A stretch of DNA of 64,000 bases from Macrostomum lignano (GCA_002269645.1 NIVC01000126.1:1-64000); one strand, 5' to 3'; positions 27,801 to 37,300 are shown, counted from the stretch's first letter. Notes: generated by a model from the sequence alone, not told the origin. Numbers and translations: made by a program.

Positions 27801-28998
27801 CCCATCTATAGTCTATAGGGTTCCTCATCTAGTCTATAGGATTCCTCATCTAGTCTATAAGATTCCCCATCTAGTCTATAGGATTCCCCATCTAGTCTAT
27901 AGGACTCCTCATCTAGTCTATAAGATTCCCCATCTAGTCTATAGGATTCCTCATCTAGTCTATAAGATTCCCCATCTAGTCTATAGGATTCCTCATCTAG
28001 TCTATAGGATTCCTCATCTAGTCTATAGGATTTTATATCTAGCATATAGGATTCACCATCTAGTCTATAGGATTCCCCATCTAGTCTATAGGATTCACCA
28101 TCTAGTCTATAGAGTTCCCCATCTATAGTCTATAGGGTTCCTCAGCTAGTCTATAGGATTCCTCATCTAGTCTATAGGATTCCCCATCTTGACTTCCCAT
28201 CCAATTTGACAATTCCCCGATCTATTTTATAGGATTCCCCATCTAGTTTATAGGATTCCCCGATTTAGTCTATAGGATTCTCCGATCTAGTTTATAGGAT
28301 TCCCCATCTAGTCTATAGGACTCCCCGATCTAGTCTATAGGATTCGTATGACTTGTAGTAGTTCCTACATCTTTTTTACTTCTCTCAGCTCAGCAATACG
28401 ATCCCCAATTCTCATCTTCTACCTTGGACAGTAATTTTTCCTTTCCTAATTAAAGAAATTGATTATAACTAGGAATTATGATGTTGCGGAAGAGAAAGGT
28501 GACATCGACTTGACAAAAGCAGCGGCGCTAAAAAATATTGTTAAGACAAAAGACTTAACAAACCTATTGTCAATTGTCACCAATTCTGCAACAAAGAAGG
28601 AAGAGGAAGAAGAGGTAAAGCTGAAAAAGCATTTCTTGGCAATTCTTTTGTTCCACAAATGCATTGCGGTACGATGGGCCGCCATTTCTGTTTGATTTTG
28701 TTGCTATAGCCATAAACAAGTCGCTTTTAAACACTTCTTCCACCACTTGATTTAGTTTTGCAATTCTAACTTTTATAATTGTAATATTATATATAATTTA
28801 ACAAAAAGAATCTTGTGAAAGAAATTAGTTCGTTTTTTAAACGCGACTATTTCTTATTTAGATAGGCTGATAGACGGATAGAAACGCACAATGGACATGG
28901 CACTCTCGCTCATCACGCCCGCCCCTTTGCCTCCGTCTCTCTCTCTCTCTCTCTCCTGCCTCATCCCAACCAAGGCATTGACAGCCCGTCAAAACGAG

Positions 28999-29044
<46 letters not shown>

Positions 29045-29514
29045 ATGCAACAACAAAACAATTCTTTATTCCTTTTGAGCCGCGGTCGGCAAATGTGTAT
29101 AGCTATATAGCCATTGAGTTTGAGTGTGCGGCGCCGCGGAGAGGTGGGAAGTGTGTGTGTCTTGAGGAGAAGGGATTTAGCGCTCTCCGTAGGATTTCAA
29201 GCGATTAGCTATGGTTGTATTATTAGGGGAAGATTTTGTCACCCCCCTCTTTCCTTTGGCTCCTCCTGTGCATATTGACTACTTTAGCTTCGTTAGGGCT
29301 CAAGCGACGGATGCTTGCAGCCAGGCCTGAGTCTGAGAGTCAGAAGCGCGGCCAAGCATTACTCATCATCTGCACTGATGTGGCCTTCAGTTTCAGAGAC
29401 TGCATGCGGTTTGTCTCGGCAATGCAGCGTGGCGAATAAGCCGGCTCGCTCTTTGAATACTAAATGCGCTGATGATGTGATGGAAGCGGCGGTGGACTGC
29501 ATGATGAGTGAAGA
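278..29514 (-). CDS. GDNF family receptor alpha / GAS1-like multi-domain secreted protein gene (whole-locus model; 3' end runs off the left edge)
   Basis: Manual splicing of minus-strand exons with GT-AG boundaries and compatible phase-1 junctions gives a signal peptide MQSLKLKATSVQMMTAGILLLILPLCSA. This is followed by repeated 10-Cys domains with C-x6-C-x5-C-x10-C...C-x-C...C...N/H-x-C spacing, characteristic of the GDNF/GAS1 domain. Confidence 0.8.
860..1385 (+). repeat. 30-bp minisatellite GATGCTGATGGAGTGATTCACTCATTCACA
   Basis: About 17 copies, with a variant unit GATGAACTTATAGGGATTCACATATTCACA occurring three times. Confidence 0.95.
1446..1662 (-). CDS. GFRa-like linker exon (5' end disturbed)
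   Basis: Open frame TLHPTPGFFNDAYNIGLLHPKSSKDPQQQIGAGSPDDDRKSPDSEAVVKSSVGASVIHPSAFQLIK T|gtaaga (phase 1, matches next exon). The acceptor ccag at 1663-1664 leaves 217 nt, so an indel or a different acceptor is required. Confidence 0.5.
1675..2560 (+). repeat. 20/22-bp minisatellite TCTATATTAGCCCTCAGGTG(TG)
   Basis: About 40 copies filling nearly the whole intron 1663-2583. Confidence 0.95.
2584..2993 (-). CDS. GFRa-like exon: Ser-rich linker + complete domain 4 (one frameshift near 2720)
   Basis: tttgtag|TT GCC CCT...TTA A|gtgagc; 410 nt (411 expected for phase 1-1). SCLERRSRCFDNPTCAADARAFQDRCGFDDISKCPAN / RAACLQSYEALRNHGLIPCTCLNYTRAERLQCDRIRRVYPGNVCL has 10 Cys. Confidence 0.8.
4030..4230 (+). 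repeat. ~50-bp tandem repeat GCTAATATATGGTGCCAATGAATTATTGACTAATTCTAATAGCCTAATA
   Basis: About 4 copies. Confidence 0.85.
4425..4667 (-). pseudogene. Broken exon completing putative domain 3
   Basis: ttttcgcag|C TGT GCG CGT GAC supplies S-C of the C-x-C motif when joined to exon 7355. The frame then breaks (stops), and the lower boundary is uncertain. Confidence 0.35.
4690..5625 (+). repeat. Compound minisatellite: 22-bp GGCGCCATGGGGAACAGAGAGA then 30-bp GGGGAACAGGGGAATGGGATCTGTCTGCAT
   Basis: The two arrays abut at ~5370 and share CATGGGGAACAG. Confidence 0.95.
6360..7320 (+). repeat. 20-bp minisatellite CTCTAGTCTCTCAGAATCTA
   Basis: About 45 variably degenerate copies. Confidence 0.95.
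7355..7616 (-). pseudogene. Broken GDNF-domain exon (putative domain 3, C1-C7)
   Basis: ...KTPCLTARSVW(NAKAG), then after a frameshift CPHSPRLFCQAVECAEHLLYLHGYGC-AG|gtagag. ECAEHLLYLH resembles domain 1 ICLEHLNNLH. The phase-2 donor matches the acceptor at 4667. Confidence 0.5.
8000..9380 (+). repeat. 20-bp minisatellite CTCTAGTCTCTCATTATCTA (19-bp variant CTTTAGTCTCTCATTTCTA)
   Basis: About 60 highly homogeneous copies; sister of the 6360-7320 unit. Confidence 0.95.
9910..10110 (+). repeat. 30-bp repeat TTATCTCATCTCATCTAATCTAGTGTGATC
   Basis: About 6 copies. Confidence 0.85.
10200..10450 (-). pseudogene. Decayed GDNF-domain-like exon remnant (putative domain 2)
   Basis: Cys motifs spread across frames: CLFASAVC (C-x6-C), YCKSMHSYYR, YCLAS, YAACECRN (C-x-C). 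Multiple stops and frameshifts; boundaries approximate. Confidence 0.35.
10680..11838 (+). repeat. Compound (AGGT/AGGC)n microsatellite
   Basis: Over 1.1 kb of tetranucleotide units starting 17 bp from the donor of exon 11855; source of the PTCLPAYL ORFs. Confidence 0.97.
11855..12073 (-). CDS. GFRa-like exon: second half of domain 1
   Basis: ttttataccattcgcag|TC GGA AAA TGC...CCA G|gtttgc; 219 nt, phase 1-1; GKCQLELPNELEICLEHLNNLHKMEPGLECFCPKSIEPPSELTRCMNVWEYLFNHPCK completes the 10-Cys domain begun in exon 25089-25238. Confidence 0.85.
12385..12750 (-). repeat. 42/44-bp dispersed minisatellite family, copy 1
   Basis: Reverse complement of GAAGGAATAGAATGGATTGCTAATCT(AT)AGCCAACATCAC; about 8 units. 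Confidence 0.9.
13540..13980 (+). repeat. Degenerate ~38-bp repeat CATCCATAGATATCTAGATCCTTAGATCTCT
   Basis: Recurrent CTAGATCC/AGATCTCT units. Confidence 0.75.
14446..14676 (-). mobile_element. tRNA-derived SINE, family A, internally deleted copy
   Basis: Near-identical to 25316-25622 in the head (B box GGTTCGATTC) and 3' part, but lacks ~70 bp between GACACTT and GTGTGGCGACC. Confidence 0.8.
15135..15506 (+). mobile_element. tRNA-derived SINE, family B
   Basis: A box TAGCCTAGTGG (15141-51), B box GGCTCGATTCC (15191-15201), unrelated body and an A-rich end (TGCCTCTAGTAAAAAA). Confidence 0.65.
16140..16495 (+). repeat. 18-bp minisatellite AGTTTGTGTAATC(CAATT/TAGTC)
   Basis: About 19 copies of two alternating variants. 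Confidence 0.95.
16975..17212 (+). repeat. ~34-bp repeat GGTCTCGCGGTGCCATCAAAGTGCCATTTTTAA
   Basis: About 7 degenerate copies. Confidence 0.85.
17985..19445 (+). repeat. 20-bp minisatellite GCCACTTTCAATCCGGAGAT with 120-bp higher-order repeat
   Basis: About 70 copies; a 6-unit block is repeated almost exactly from 18661 to ~19200. Confidence 0.97.
20288..20612 (+). repeat. 42-bp dispersed minisatellite family, copy 2
   Basis: AATAGAATGGATTGCTAATCTAGCCAATATCACGGATGAAGG, about 7.5 units. Confidence 0.92.
21390..24238 (+). repeat. 21-bp GC-rich minisatellite CAAGAGACAGGGGCGCCCACC
   Basis: About 135 copies over 2.85 kb with internally duplicated variant blocks. Confidence 0.97.
25089..25238 (-). 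CDS. GFRa-like exon: signal peptide H-region + first half of domain 1
   Basis: ctctccag|CT GCA GGT...GAC C|gtgagt; 150 nt, phase 1-1; encodes AGILLLILPLCSAEVSARQVKFCHMVNDSCYQRSECGSKLSLVRTLCRD. Not shown in this frame in the ORF track. Confidence 0.85.
25316..25622 (+). mobile_element. tRNA-derived SINE, family A (full length, CORE/Meta-like central domain)
   Basis: A box TAGCCTAGTGG (25324-34) and B box GGTTCGATTC (25358-67). Central GTGTCCTTGAGCGAGACACTTAACTCT...CAGTTCACCCAGCTGTAAAATGG resembles the CORE/Meta SINE domain. (TTA)-rich tail; a second copy lies at 14446-14676. Confidence 0.8.
26385..27005 (+). repeat. 31-bp minisatellite CATGGGAGATAGCGACAAGAGACACATCAGA
   Basis: About 20 copies. 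Confidence 0.95.
27585..28345 (+). repeat. 21-bp minisatellite CATCTAGTCTATAGGATTCCC
   Basis: About 35 copies. Confidence 0.95.
29363..29405 (-). CDS. GFRa-like first coding exon (N-region of signal peptide); full exon probably 29363-29514
   Basis: ATG CAG TCT CTG AAA CTG AAG GCC ACA TCA GTG CAG ATG ATG A|gtaatg. The phase-1 donor matches the phase-1 acceptor of exon 25238. A strong polypyrimidine tract + cacag acceptor lies at 29515-29516. Confidence 0.6.
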
Positions 29515-29619
29515 CTGTGTACGAGAGAGTGAGAGTGAGAGTAAAAACAGAGGAGACTGATTGGATAGAGGAGAGATGGTGGGAGAGAGAGAGAGGAGAT
29601 ACAGGTGAGGGTAGGAGAC

Positions 29620-30002
29620 AGTGGTGGCTGGGATAGAGGTGAGAGTGGGAGACACAGTGGGGGCTGAGATAGAGGTGAGAGTGGGAGACACAGTAGGGGC
29701 TGGGATAGAGGTGAGAGTGGGAGACACAGTGGGGGCTGAGATAGAGGTGAGAGTGGGAGACACAGTGGGGGCTGAGATAGAGGTGAGAATAGGAGACGGC
29801 GGGGGCTGAGATAGAGGTGAGAGTGGGAGACACAGTGGGGAATGAGATAGAGGTGAGAGTGGGAGACACAGTGGGGGCTGGGATAGAGGTGAGAGTGAGA
29901 GACACAGTGGTGGCTGAGATAGAGGTGAGAGTGGGAGACACAGTCGGGGCTGAGATAGAGGTGAGAATAGGAGACAGCGGGGGCTGAGATAGAGGTGAGA
30001 GT
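29620..30002 (+). repeat. 36-bp purine-rich minisatellite GTGGGAGACACAGTGGGGGCTGAGATAGAGGTGAGA
   Basis: About 10.5 copies, just upstream of the 29515 acceptor. Confidence 0.95.
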
Positions 30003-30924
30003 AGGAAAGAGACAGAGCGAGGGGGGAGGATGGAGACAGGTGAGAGAAAGATAAAAGGTGGAAGCAGAGAGAAATAAGTATCTGAAGGTAGAGGATGCGA
30101 TGCGAAGAAAACGAGCATAACGAATCTATGCTGGTGGGACAAAAGTGGTTACAGGATCCAGACACAGAATTAGCAGATGATGACTATGACCGTAAGACTG
30201 ATTTAAATTCAAATAAACAGCACCTTGCACACTCCTGTACACTCGAAGGAATTTATGCATAGAATATACCGATACGTATAAATATAAAATACATTCATTA
30301 AGTAGCTAGATCGCGCTGAAAAAAACTCTATCTTCAGCTAAGCAGCTACATACCAAGGACGACTCAAGTAGAAGGACGGGAAACATCGTTTCTTAGAAAA
30401 TTTTAGAAGGCAGGCTTTCCCGAAAAAATACACTACGGAGATAGGAAGTTTTCATTTTTTCAGCACAAAAATTGCTATTGCTTTTGATAGGAGGCAGATC
30501 CAGTGTTCATCTCTTGATATGCTGTGCTATATATGTGCTATATATGTATGTTAATTTTTTATTCTACCTAAATTTCCTGTACCTAAAAATCATTAAAATG
30601 CATGACACAGCTCGAATATTTGGTTTTATGAATCTATTTTATCATCTCTGCTACAAGTATTTGTTACACAGTCAGCTTAGAATGATAAAATAGACTCATA
30701 AAACCAAAGAGCCGAGCCGTGCCATTTCAATGGTTTTTAGGCACAAGACACGTGCAAATGTAGGTAGAATAAAAAATTAACATAGAATCCTAATTTTCTG
30801 AACGAAAAGCTTTATGAATATCGATAGAGCAATAAGAAAGGCTTCTAAAATTTTCTAAGAAACGAGCTTTCCCGGCCTTCTACTTAAGTCGTCCTTGCTA
30901 CATACATGTAAAAACTGATTAAAC

Positions 30925-31190
30925 ATTTGCAGGGCTGCTGGCACTCTGGCGCGATACACCTGCGGCGACATCGTCCCACAACCAGTGCTGACGCAATTCT
31001 GCCCGCAGGGTGCTGAACACAATGTGTACAGCGGCCCTGACTTTCTAGTCGTCACGCACGTGCACTCTCTGAGAGCCCTCGTCAATTTTCGAGCACAACA
31101 AGCCCCAAATGAATGTGGCCCGCATATACGGAATCGAACCAGGGGTCGTTTGGCGCGACAGTCTGACGATTTTACCTCTGAGTTGCTCTG
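30925..31190 (-). mobile_element. tRNA-derived SINE, family C (degenerate head)
   Basis: B box GGTTCGATTCC (31130-40, minus) and degenerate A box GCAACTCAGAGG. Shares AAAGTCA(A/G)GGCCGCTGTACAC with family B. 3' boundary uncertain. Confidence 0.55.
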
Positions 31191-31614
31191 CTTCACTGCT
31201 CCTGTTATGCACTTGTACTATACTATAATGTTCATGCCTAAATCAGCATAATGGGACTCATGTATATGTATAGGGTCTTCACAAAAGCGACTCATTGCGC
31301 AGTTGAAAAAAAAAGGTTTTGAACCAACTCGTCAGTGAGGCAGCACTGCACATGCCCGTCCGTAAACGGGTACTTATTGCATTCATCTGCCTGCCAGTCT
31401 GCAAAAAAGTACCATCTCTGCAGCATGTGCATATGGCGTGCAGCTCATTCTACTTTTTGCAATGTAAATATAAACCAGAATGCTTTGCTGCTATGTGGTT
31501 TGTTGTTGCACTAAAAAAATGGAACAGAACAAGTCAACTGCAAAATTCATGCAGTGAATTTGAAAAGTCGCAGGCATATTCAGAGAGGAATCAAGGAATC
31601 TTGACAGACTGCAG

Positions 31615-32765
31615 ACGAACTGGGGAGGCGATCCACAGTAGAAAAAACTGGGGAGGGGAACCACAGAAGAAGAAACTGCCCGGAGGCGATCCACAGAGGA
31701 ACTGGGGAGGCGATCCACAGAGGAACTGGGGAGGCGATCCACAGAGGAACTGGGGAGGCGATCCACAGAGGAACTGGGGAGGCGATCCACAGAGGAACTG
31801 GGGAGGCGATCCACAGAGGAACTGGGGAGGCGATCCACAGAGGAACTGGGGAGGCGATCCACAGAGGAACTGGGGAGGCGATCCACAGAGGAACTGGGGA
31901 GGCGATCTACAGAAGAAACTGTGGAGGCGATCCACAAAGGAACTGGGGAGACGATCCACAGAGGAACTGGGGAGGCGATCCACAGAGGAACTGGGGAGGC
32001 GATCCACAGAGGAACTGGGGAGGCGATCTACAGAAGAAACTGTGGAGGCGATCCACAAAGGAACTGGGGAGACGATCCACAGAGGAACTGGGGAGGCGAT
32101 CCACAGAGGAACTGGGGAGGCGATCCACAAAGGAACTGGGGAGGCGATCCACAAAGGAACTGGGGAGGCGATCCACAGAGGAACTGGGGAGGCGATCTAC
32201 AGAGGAACTGGGGAGGCGATCCACAGAGGAACTGGGGAGGCGATCCACAGAGGAACTGGGGAGGCGATCTACAGAAGAAACTGGGGAGACGATCCACAGA
32301 GGAACTGGGGAGGCGATCCACAGAGGAACTGGGGAGGTGATCTACAGAAGAAACTGTGGAGGCGATCCACAAAGGAACTGGGGAGACGATCCACAGAGGA
32401 ACTGGGGAGGCGATCCACAGAGGAACTGGGGAGGCGATCCACAGAGGAACTGGGGAGGCGATCCACAAAGGAACTGGGGAGGCGATCCACAGAGGAACTG
32501 GGGAGGTGATCTACAGAAGAAACTGTGGAGGCGATCCACAAAGGAACTGGGGAGGCGATCTACAGAAGAAACTGGGGAGGCGATCCACAGAGGAACTGGG
32601 GAGGCGATCCACAGAGGAACTGGGGAGGCGATCCACAGAGGAACTGGGGAGGCGATCTACAGAAGAAACTGGGGAGACGATCCACAGAGGAACTGGGGAG
32701 GCGATCCACAGAGGAACTGGGGAGGCGATCCACAGAGGAACTGGGGAGGCGATCCACAGAGGAAG
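31615..32765 (+). repeat. 24-bp minisatellite GAGGAACTGGGGAGGCGATCCACA
   Basis: About 47 copies with a recurrent 25-bp variant. Confidence 0.97.
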
Positions 32766-33106
32766 AATAGCTGGACACAACAGGTGTATGACTGGAGGTT
32801 AATGAAAATCGCAATGATTAATGAATTTTTAGTACACAGGTAACACAGCAGGTGCAAATGATCCTTCGCTATCATCATTACCATGTAAGCATAGTTGAAA
32901 TTGTAAGCCATTTTAATACATATAATCGGGGAAGGTGCGCAATCAGTCAATCTTGCTCATTTTCCTTCTAAGCCTTCTAAACTATTTTGAGTCTATATTG
33001 TGTGGCTTGTATAGTGAGCCTCATGCTATTGCACCCAACATAGATCACGCGATTTGTGCGACGTGTGCGAGTCGTGAAAAAAATTGTGTAAGTACGAGTA
33101 CATGGG

Positions 33107-34341
33107 CAGGGGCGGATCCAGGATTAGGATTTTTCCCGTGGAAAAAAGGTCAGTTGACCCCCCCCCCTTGACCTTCCTAAAAATACCGGACGCTTCGGTG
33201 TCAGACAGACACTTCGCGGTGACTGATGGCGATGCTTTTTGTTTTGAGTGGCATTGATGATGTGGATTAAAAATTATGAAATATCCTGCTTTCAAATTCA
33301 AGTTTAGCAAATGCTTTTATCTACGAAACAATTGTTTCTATAAACCTTCATTAAATACAAAATCGCACACACTTCTAGTTTGAAGTGCTTTCTTAGTTGC
33401 TCATATAAAAGCACGTGGAAATCATCAATATCAATTTCAGTACAACACGCCTCATAAACTATAATTATTTAACATTAAAAGGAAAAACACTTTTATGCAA
33501 CTCTCCCTTCTCCGCAAAGCTTCCACGTGCTCTGGCACTGAAATGTCAGGCACCAAAGTGTCCGGCACCGAAATGTCTTGGCATCAAACTGTCTTGGCAC
33601 CGAACTGTCTTGGCACCGTAGTGTCCGGCACCAAAGTGCCCGGCACCGAAATGTCTTGGCATCAAACTGTCTTGGCACCGAACTGTCTTGGCACCGTAGT
33701 GTCCGGCACCAAAGTGCCCGGCACCGAAATGTCTTGGCATCAAAATGTCTTGGCACCGTAGTGTCCGGCACCAAAGTGTCCGGCACCAAAGTGTCCGGCA
33801 CCAAAGTGTCCGGCACCGTAGTGTCCGGCACCAAAGTGCCCGGCACCAAAGTGCCCGGCACCGAAATGTCTTGGCATCAAACTGTCTTGGCACCGAACTG
33901 TCTTGGCACCGTAGTGTCCGGCACCAAAGTTTCCGGCACTGTAGTGTCCGGCACCAAAGTGTACGGCACCGTAGTGTCCGGCACCAAAGTGTCCGGCACC
34001 AAAGTGTCCAGCACCGAAGTGTCCGGCACCGAAGTGTCCGGCACCGAAGACGTGTACAGCACTGAAATGTCCGGCAGCGAAGAGTCAGCACTAAAGTGCC
34101 TGACACCGAAGTGTCCGACTCCGGCACCAGTGTCCGGCTCTGACACCGAAGTGTCCGGCTCTGACACCGAAGTGTCCGGCACCGAAGATACCGCAGTATT
34201 TGATGAAAAAATACAGCCTCGTGTGGGTCACTATTACGCGATGATTCGACACTATGAAACTATGTATGGAGTTTTTCGGTTTCCTAGGAGGGGGCTCGAG
34301 GGAGGGTCAGGTGACCCCCTTGACCTCTCGATCCGCCACTG
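33107..34341. mobile_element. Non-autonomous hAT-type element carrying an internal minisatellite
   Basis: TIRs CAGGGGCGGATCCAG vs CAGTGGCGGATCGAG (13/15). 8-bp TSD TACATGGG / TATATGGG (one mismatch). Confidence 0.75.
33540..34195 (+). repeat. 15/16-bp minisatellite GGCACC(A/G)AAGTGTCC / GGCACCGAAATGTCTT inside the hAT element
   Basis: About 40 variant units; an ~62-bp four-unit block is repeated several times. Confidence 0.9.
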
Positions 34342-37300
34342 TATATGGGTAATATATATTAGCCAGAGGCCAACATGCAAACTGGCTGAGCAGATTAAGT
34401 TTTTGGTAATGCGCAATTTATTCAACTTGCTTGCATAAATTGGTTGGTTGATAAATTTTATGCGAATAAAAAAGTTTATATTTGAACAAAAATTCTCACC
34501 AAGCAACAAGCAACCAAGGTTCCCTCTGCATTGTATCGCTAGCGGCTGCTGCGTGCCGACCATGCTCGATTTGTTGTCAGCGGATGAGGGCATTATTTCG
34601 CGTTTATTTCCTTATTGACTGACTCTCCGTTGAAGACGAATATTGGAACTTATTGCGAATTGGAACGATCAATCTAGCTTTAAATTATGTTGGTGCAGCT
34701 GTTCTTACAAGAAAACATTTCCTCTTATTTTTTAGTTAGCAGAAGAAGTCTTCTCTCGGGGCAATGTTGACGGTAGCTGACAAGTTGGCGAAATTATAAT
34801 TATGTTTTGCCTCGAATAAGTCCAACCAGTGCTGGTCAGCGCTTCGGAAAGTTTTCCGGGTTACGGGATGAAAGGACAAATAATTGATATGCAAATAAGA
34901 CCTCTTAGGGCCAGAATGCTCAGACTGGACTTGAGGAGAAAAGTCAACTACTACTTCTTTGATATTGAACGAGAAAGAAACGGCCCAGGCTGTATGTAGT
35001 TGGTTCTGGCCTTTCTGGAGGGAGTTTGATTTGAACTCACGGGACAAGTTGTTGTCGGAAGGGCGGTAGAGGTTGTGGCTGGACTCGTGGACCAAATCAC
35101 TCTTTAGCTTTCTCTGTGGGGCCCGCGAAGAGCGCAATTCCTTCTTATTATATTCTGGAGTGAGTGGTGGACAGCCAAGTTCTTAAACCCCCACGCTGTG
35201 GAGGTCGAGGAGGGGTTGTGGCCTCCCGACTGTTCATTAGTTGAGGTCCCTTGTAGCCAATGAGAGGAGGTGGAACAAGCCAGGGCAGGGCGTACGAAAC
35301 CCTCCTAATTTCAAAAGGAAGCGCGAAGCGTGGGGGGCTCTAATTCCAGCGCTAAAGAGAGGTGATAATCTATTTTTAAATCGCTGCTTTAATTACCAGA
35401 GTGGCTCCCAGTTCTCTAGACCACTTATTTAATTTTAAGGTTTAAGCGACAAGCGAGATAAGATAAGATTAACTTGGGTGTCATTATGCAGTACTCAGTA
35501 CATGCATAATAAAACTTTCATATTGTTTATCGTTTGAATATCTAAAAGGTACGAATACCATAGTAGCATTCTTAATAGATAATTGGTCTAATTTAACGTG
35601 TACGACAATTAAATGCAGCGATTCGACACGGCCACGATTCCCACGAATCGACTTATGTAGGAACTCTACGAACGATATATCTGAATCCCGTTGCACTCAA
35701 TGCTGGGATGGATCTTTTAACACTGTAGTTTAAATCGATTTGTTCGGGTTTCAAACCCAAACCCTGCTGGCGCAAGCCTAAACCAATACGAGCTAAATAC
35801 AAAACCCAGACCTACTAGAGGGGGTGAACATAAGGCGGCACCACAGGCTAAGCCGCGTAAAACTGCACAACAGCAAGCCAATCAAAACTAAGCAATGAGC
35901 GGGGCAACGCAAGTGCGGCAGTTCCTGGGCCTCTCGCCTCTGCAATCAGTGCAGGAAGTACGTGCCGAACTTCTACGACATGGCCTGGTGCAGCTGTTCG
36001 TTTCTTTTTGGGCTACCGTTTCACTTATAATTGATGTCATTACATGTCGCTTTTAATGTGTGAATGTACATCGTGTAGCTCGTGTTTTATTAACACATAT
36101 TAGGACGTGTTACACTTTGCAGGCTCGAAAGGGCATAAAATTTATCCCGGAAGTAGGAAAATACTCTTGGATGCTGAGTCACGTGAGTCGACTAGGTATA
36201 CTTAAGATCTAAATGTTCGCTAAAAAACAACTTGAATTCGCGCGCAAACTCCTTTGAACGCCTAAAAAAGCAAAAGTCTACGCGAAAGTGTTTAAAACTT
36301 TGCTTAACACAGCTTACCGATTGTTGAAAAACGTCCTTTTTGGCGCTAATTTGAATTGTGTTTCATTTAATCAAGGAGGTCTACTTATTGCCGTAGTATT
36401 TCATGAATTTAACAAGATACGAGTAATTATGAAGTGAGTAAAAGCAAAGACAGCAAATATATGTACATGTACTTGTACAGGTGAGACAGAAGCAGTTAAT
36501 CCAGCAGCAAAATGTTCTGAACTAATCTAATATTTTTAGGATTTAATAATTGTAACAATCGTCGGCTTTACGACACTTTCCGCGAGTGGAAGTATTCGAT
36601 TTAATGATGTAAAACGAGCCAATCCTATATACGTTTCAAGTTATTTTCTTTGCTTCTGGTTCTGTTCTGGCGCGTAATCACCGGAACGGAACTGGGTGGA
36701 TGAACATGGCGTGAGGGAAACGCTGCAGTTGTATGAAAAGCTAAACAAAAAACCAACTGTGTGGATTGGGGGCTTTAGATGTCTTGACTGTAAGAAACTA
36801 AAATAGAGAAGTCCCCGTGAGCTGTGTTCTTTGTGCAGTCATGTGCAGTCAAACAAAATCATTTTCATATCCTTTTACAATAAATGCGTGATTCATAGAA
36901 GCGATTTTGTGCATATTTTGGGCAAAGCGTCTTCTAATATAACTATCCTTATAATCTTGATTTCTCAAGCATATTATAGTAGAAGTGCTTTTCGCTCAAT
37001 TACCGGTAAGTCTAAAAGTGCATCGGTTAGTTAATATGTACATGAGCTCATGCAACGTACGTGCTATTCCTGACTCTACGTGCAATACGTGCAATTCCTG
37101 ACTCTTATTGCTGGCAACTTCATAAAAAATCGCCCCTATGTATCGTGCGTCATTCCTATTGCCGAAATCGCCCTCAGAATATCGCCAATATCAAGTCAAT
37201 ATTATTGGTGAAATCGCCTTCGGAAAATCGCCAATGCTTAATGAATATTATTAATTCAAAGAGCTTTTTTACAAGTTTTCTTTCTCTTTCTGCTGGCGCA

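Noticed and set aside
29236-29439. Plus-strand ORF with a hydrophobic signal-like start (MSPPSFLWLLLCILTTLASLG)
   Set aside because: TTG start, antisense to the receptor's first exon, and no downstream support.
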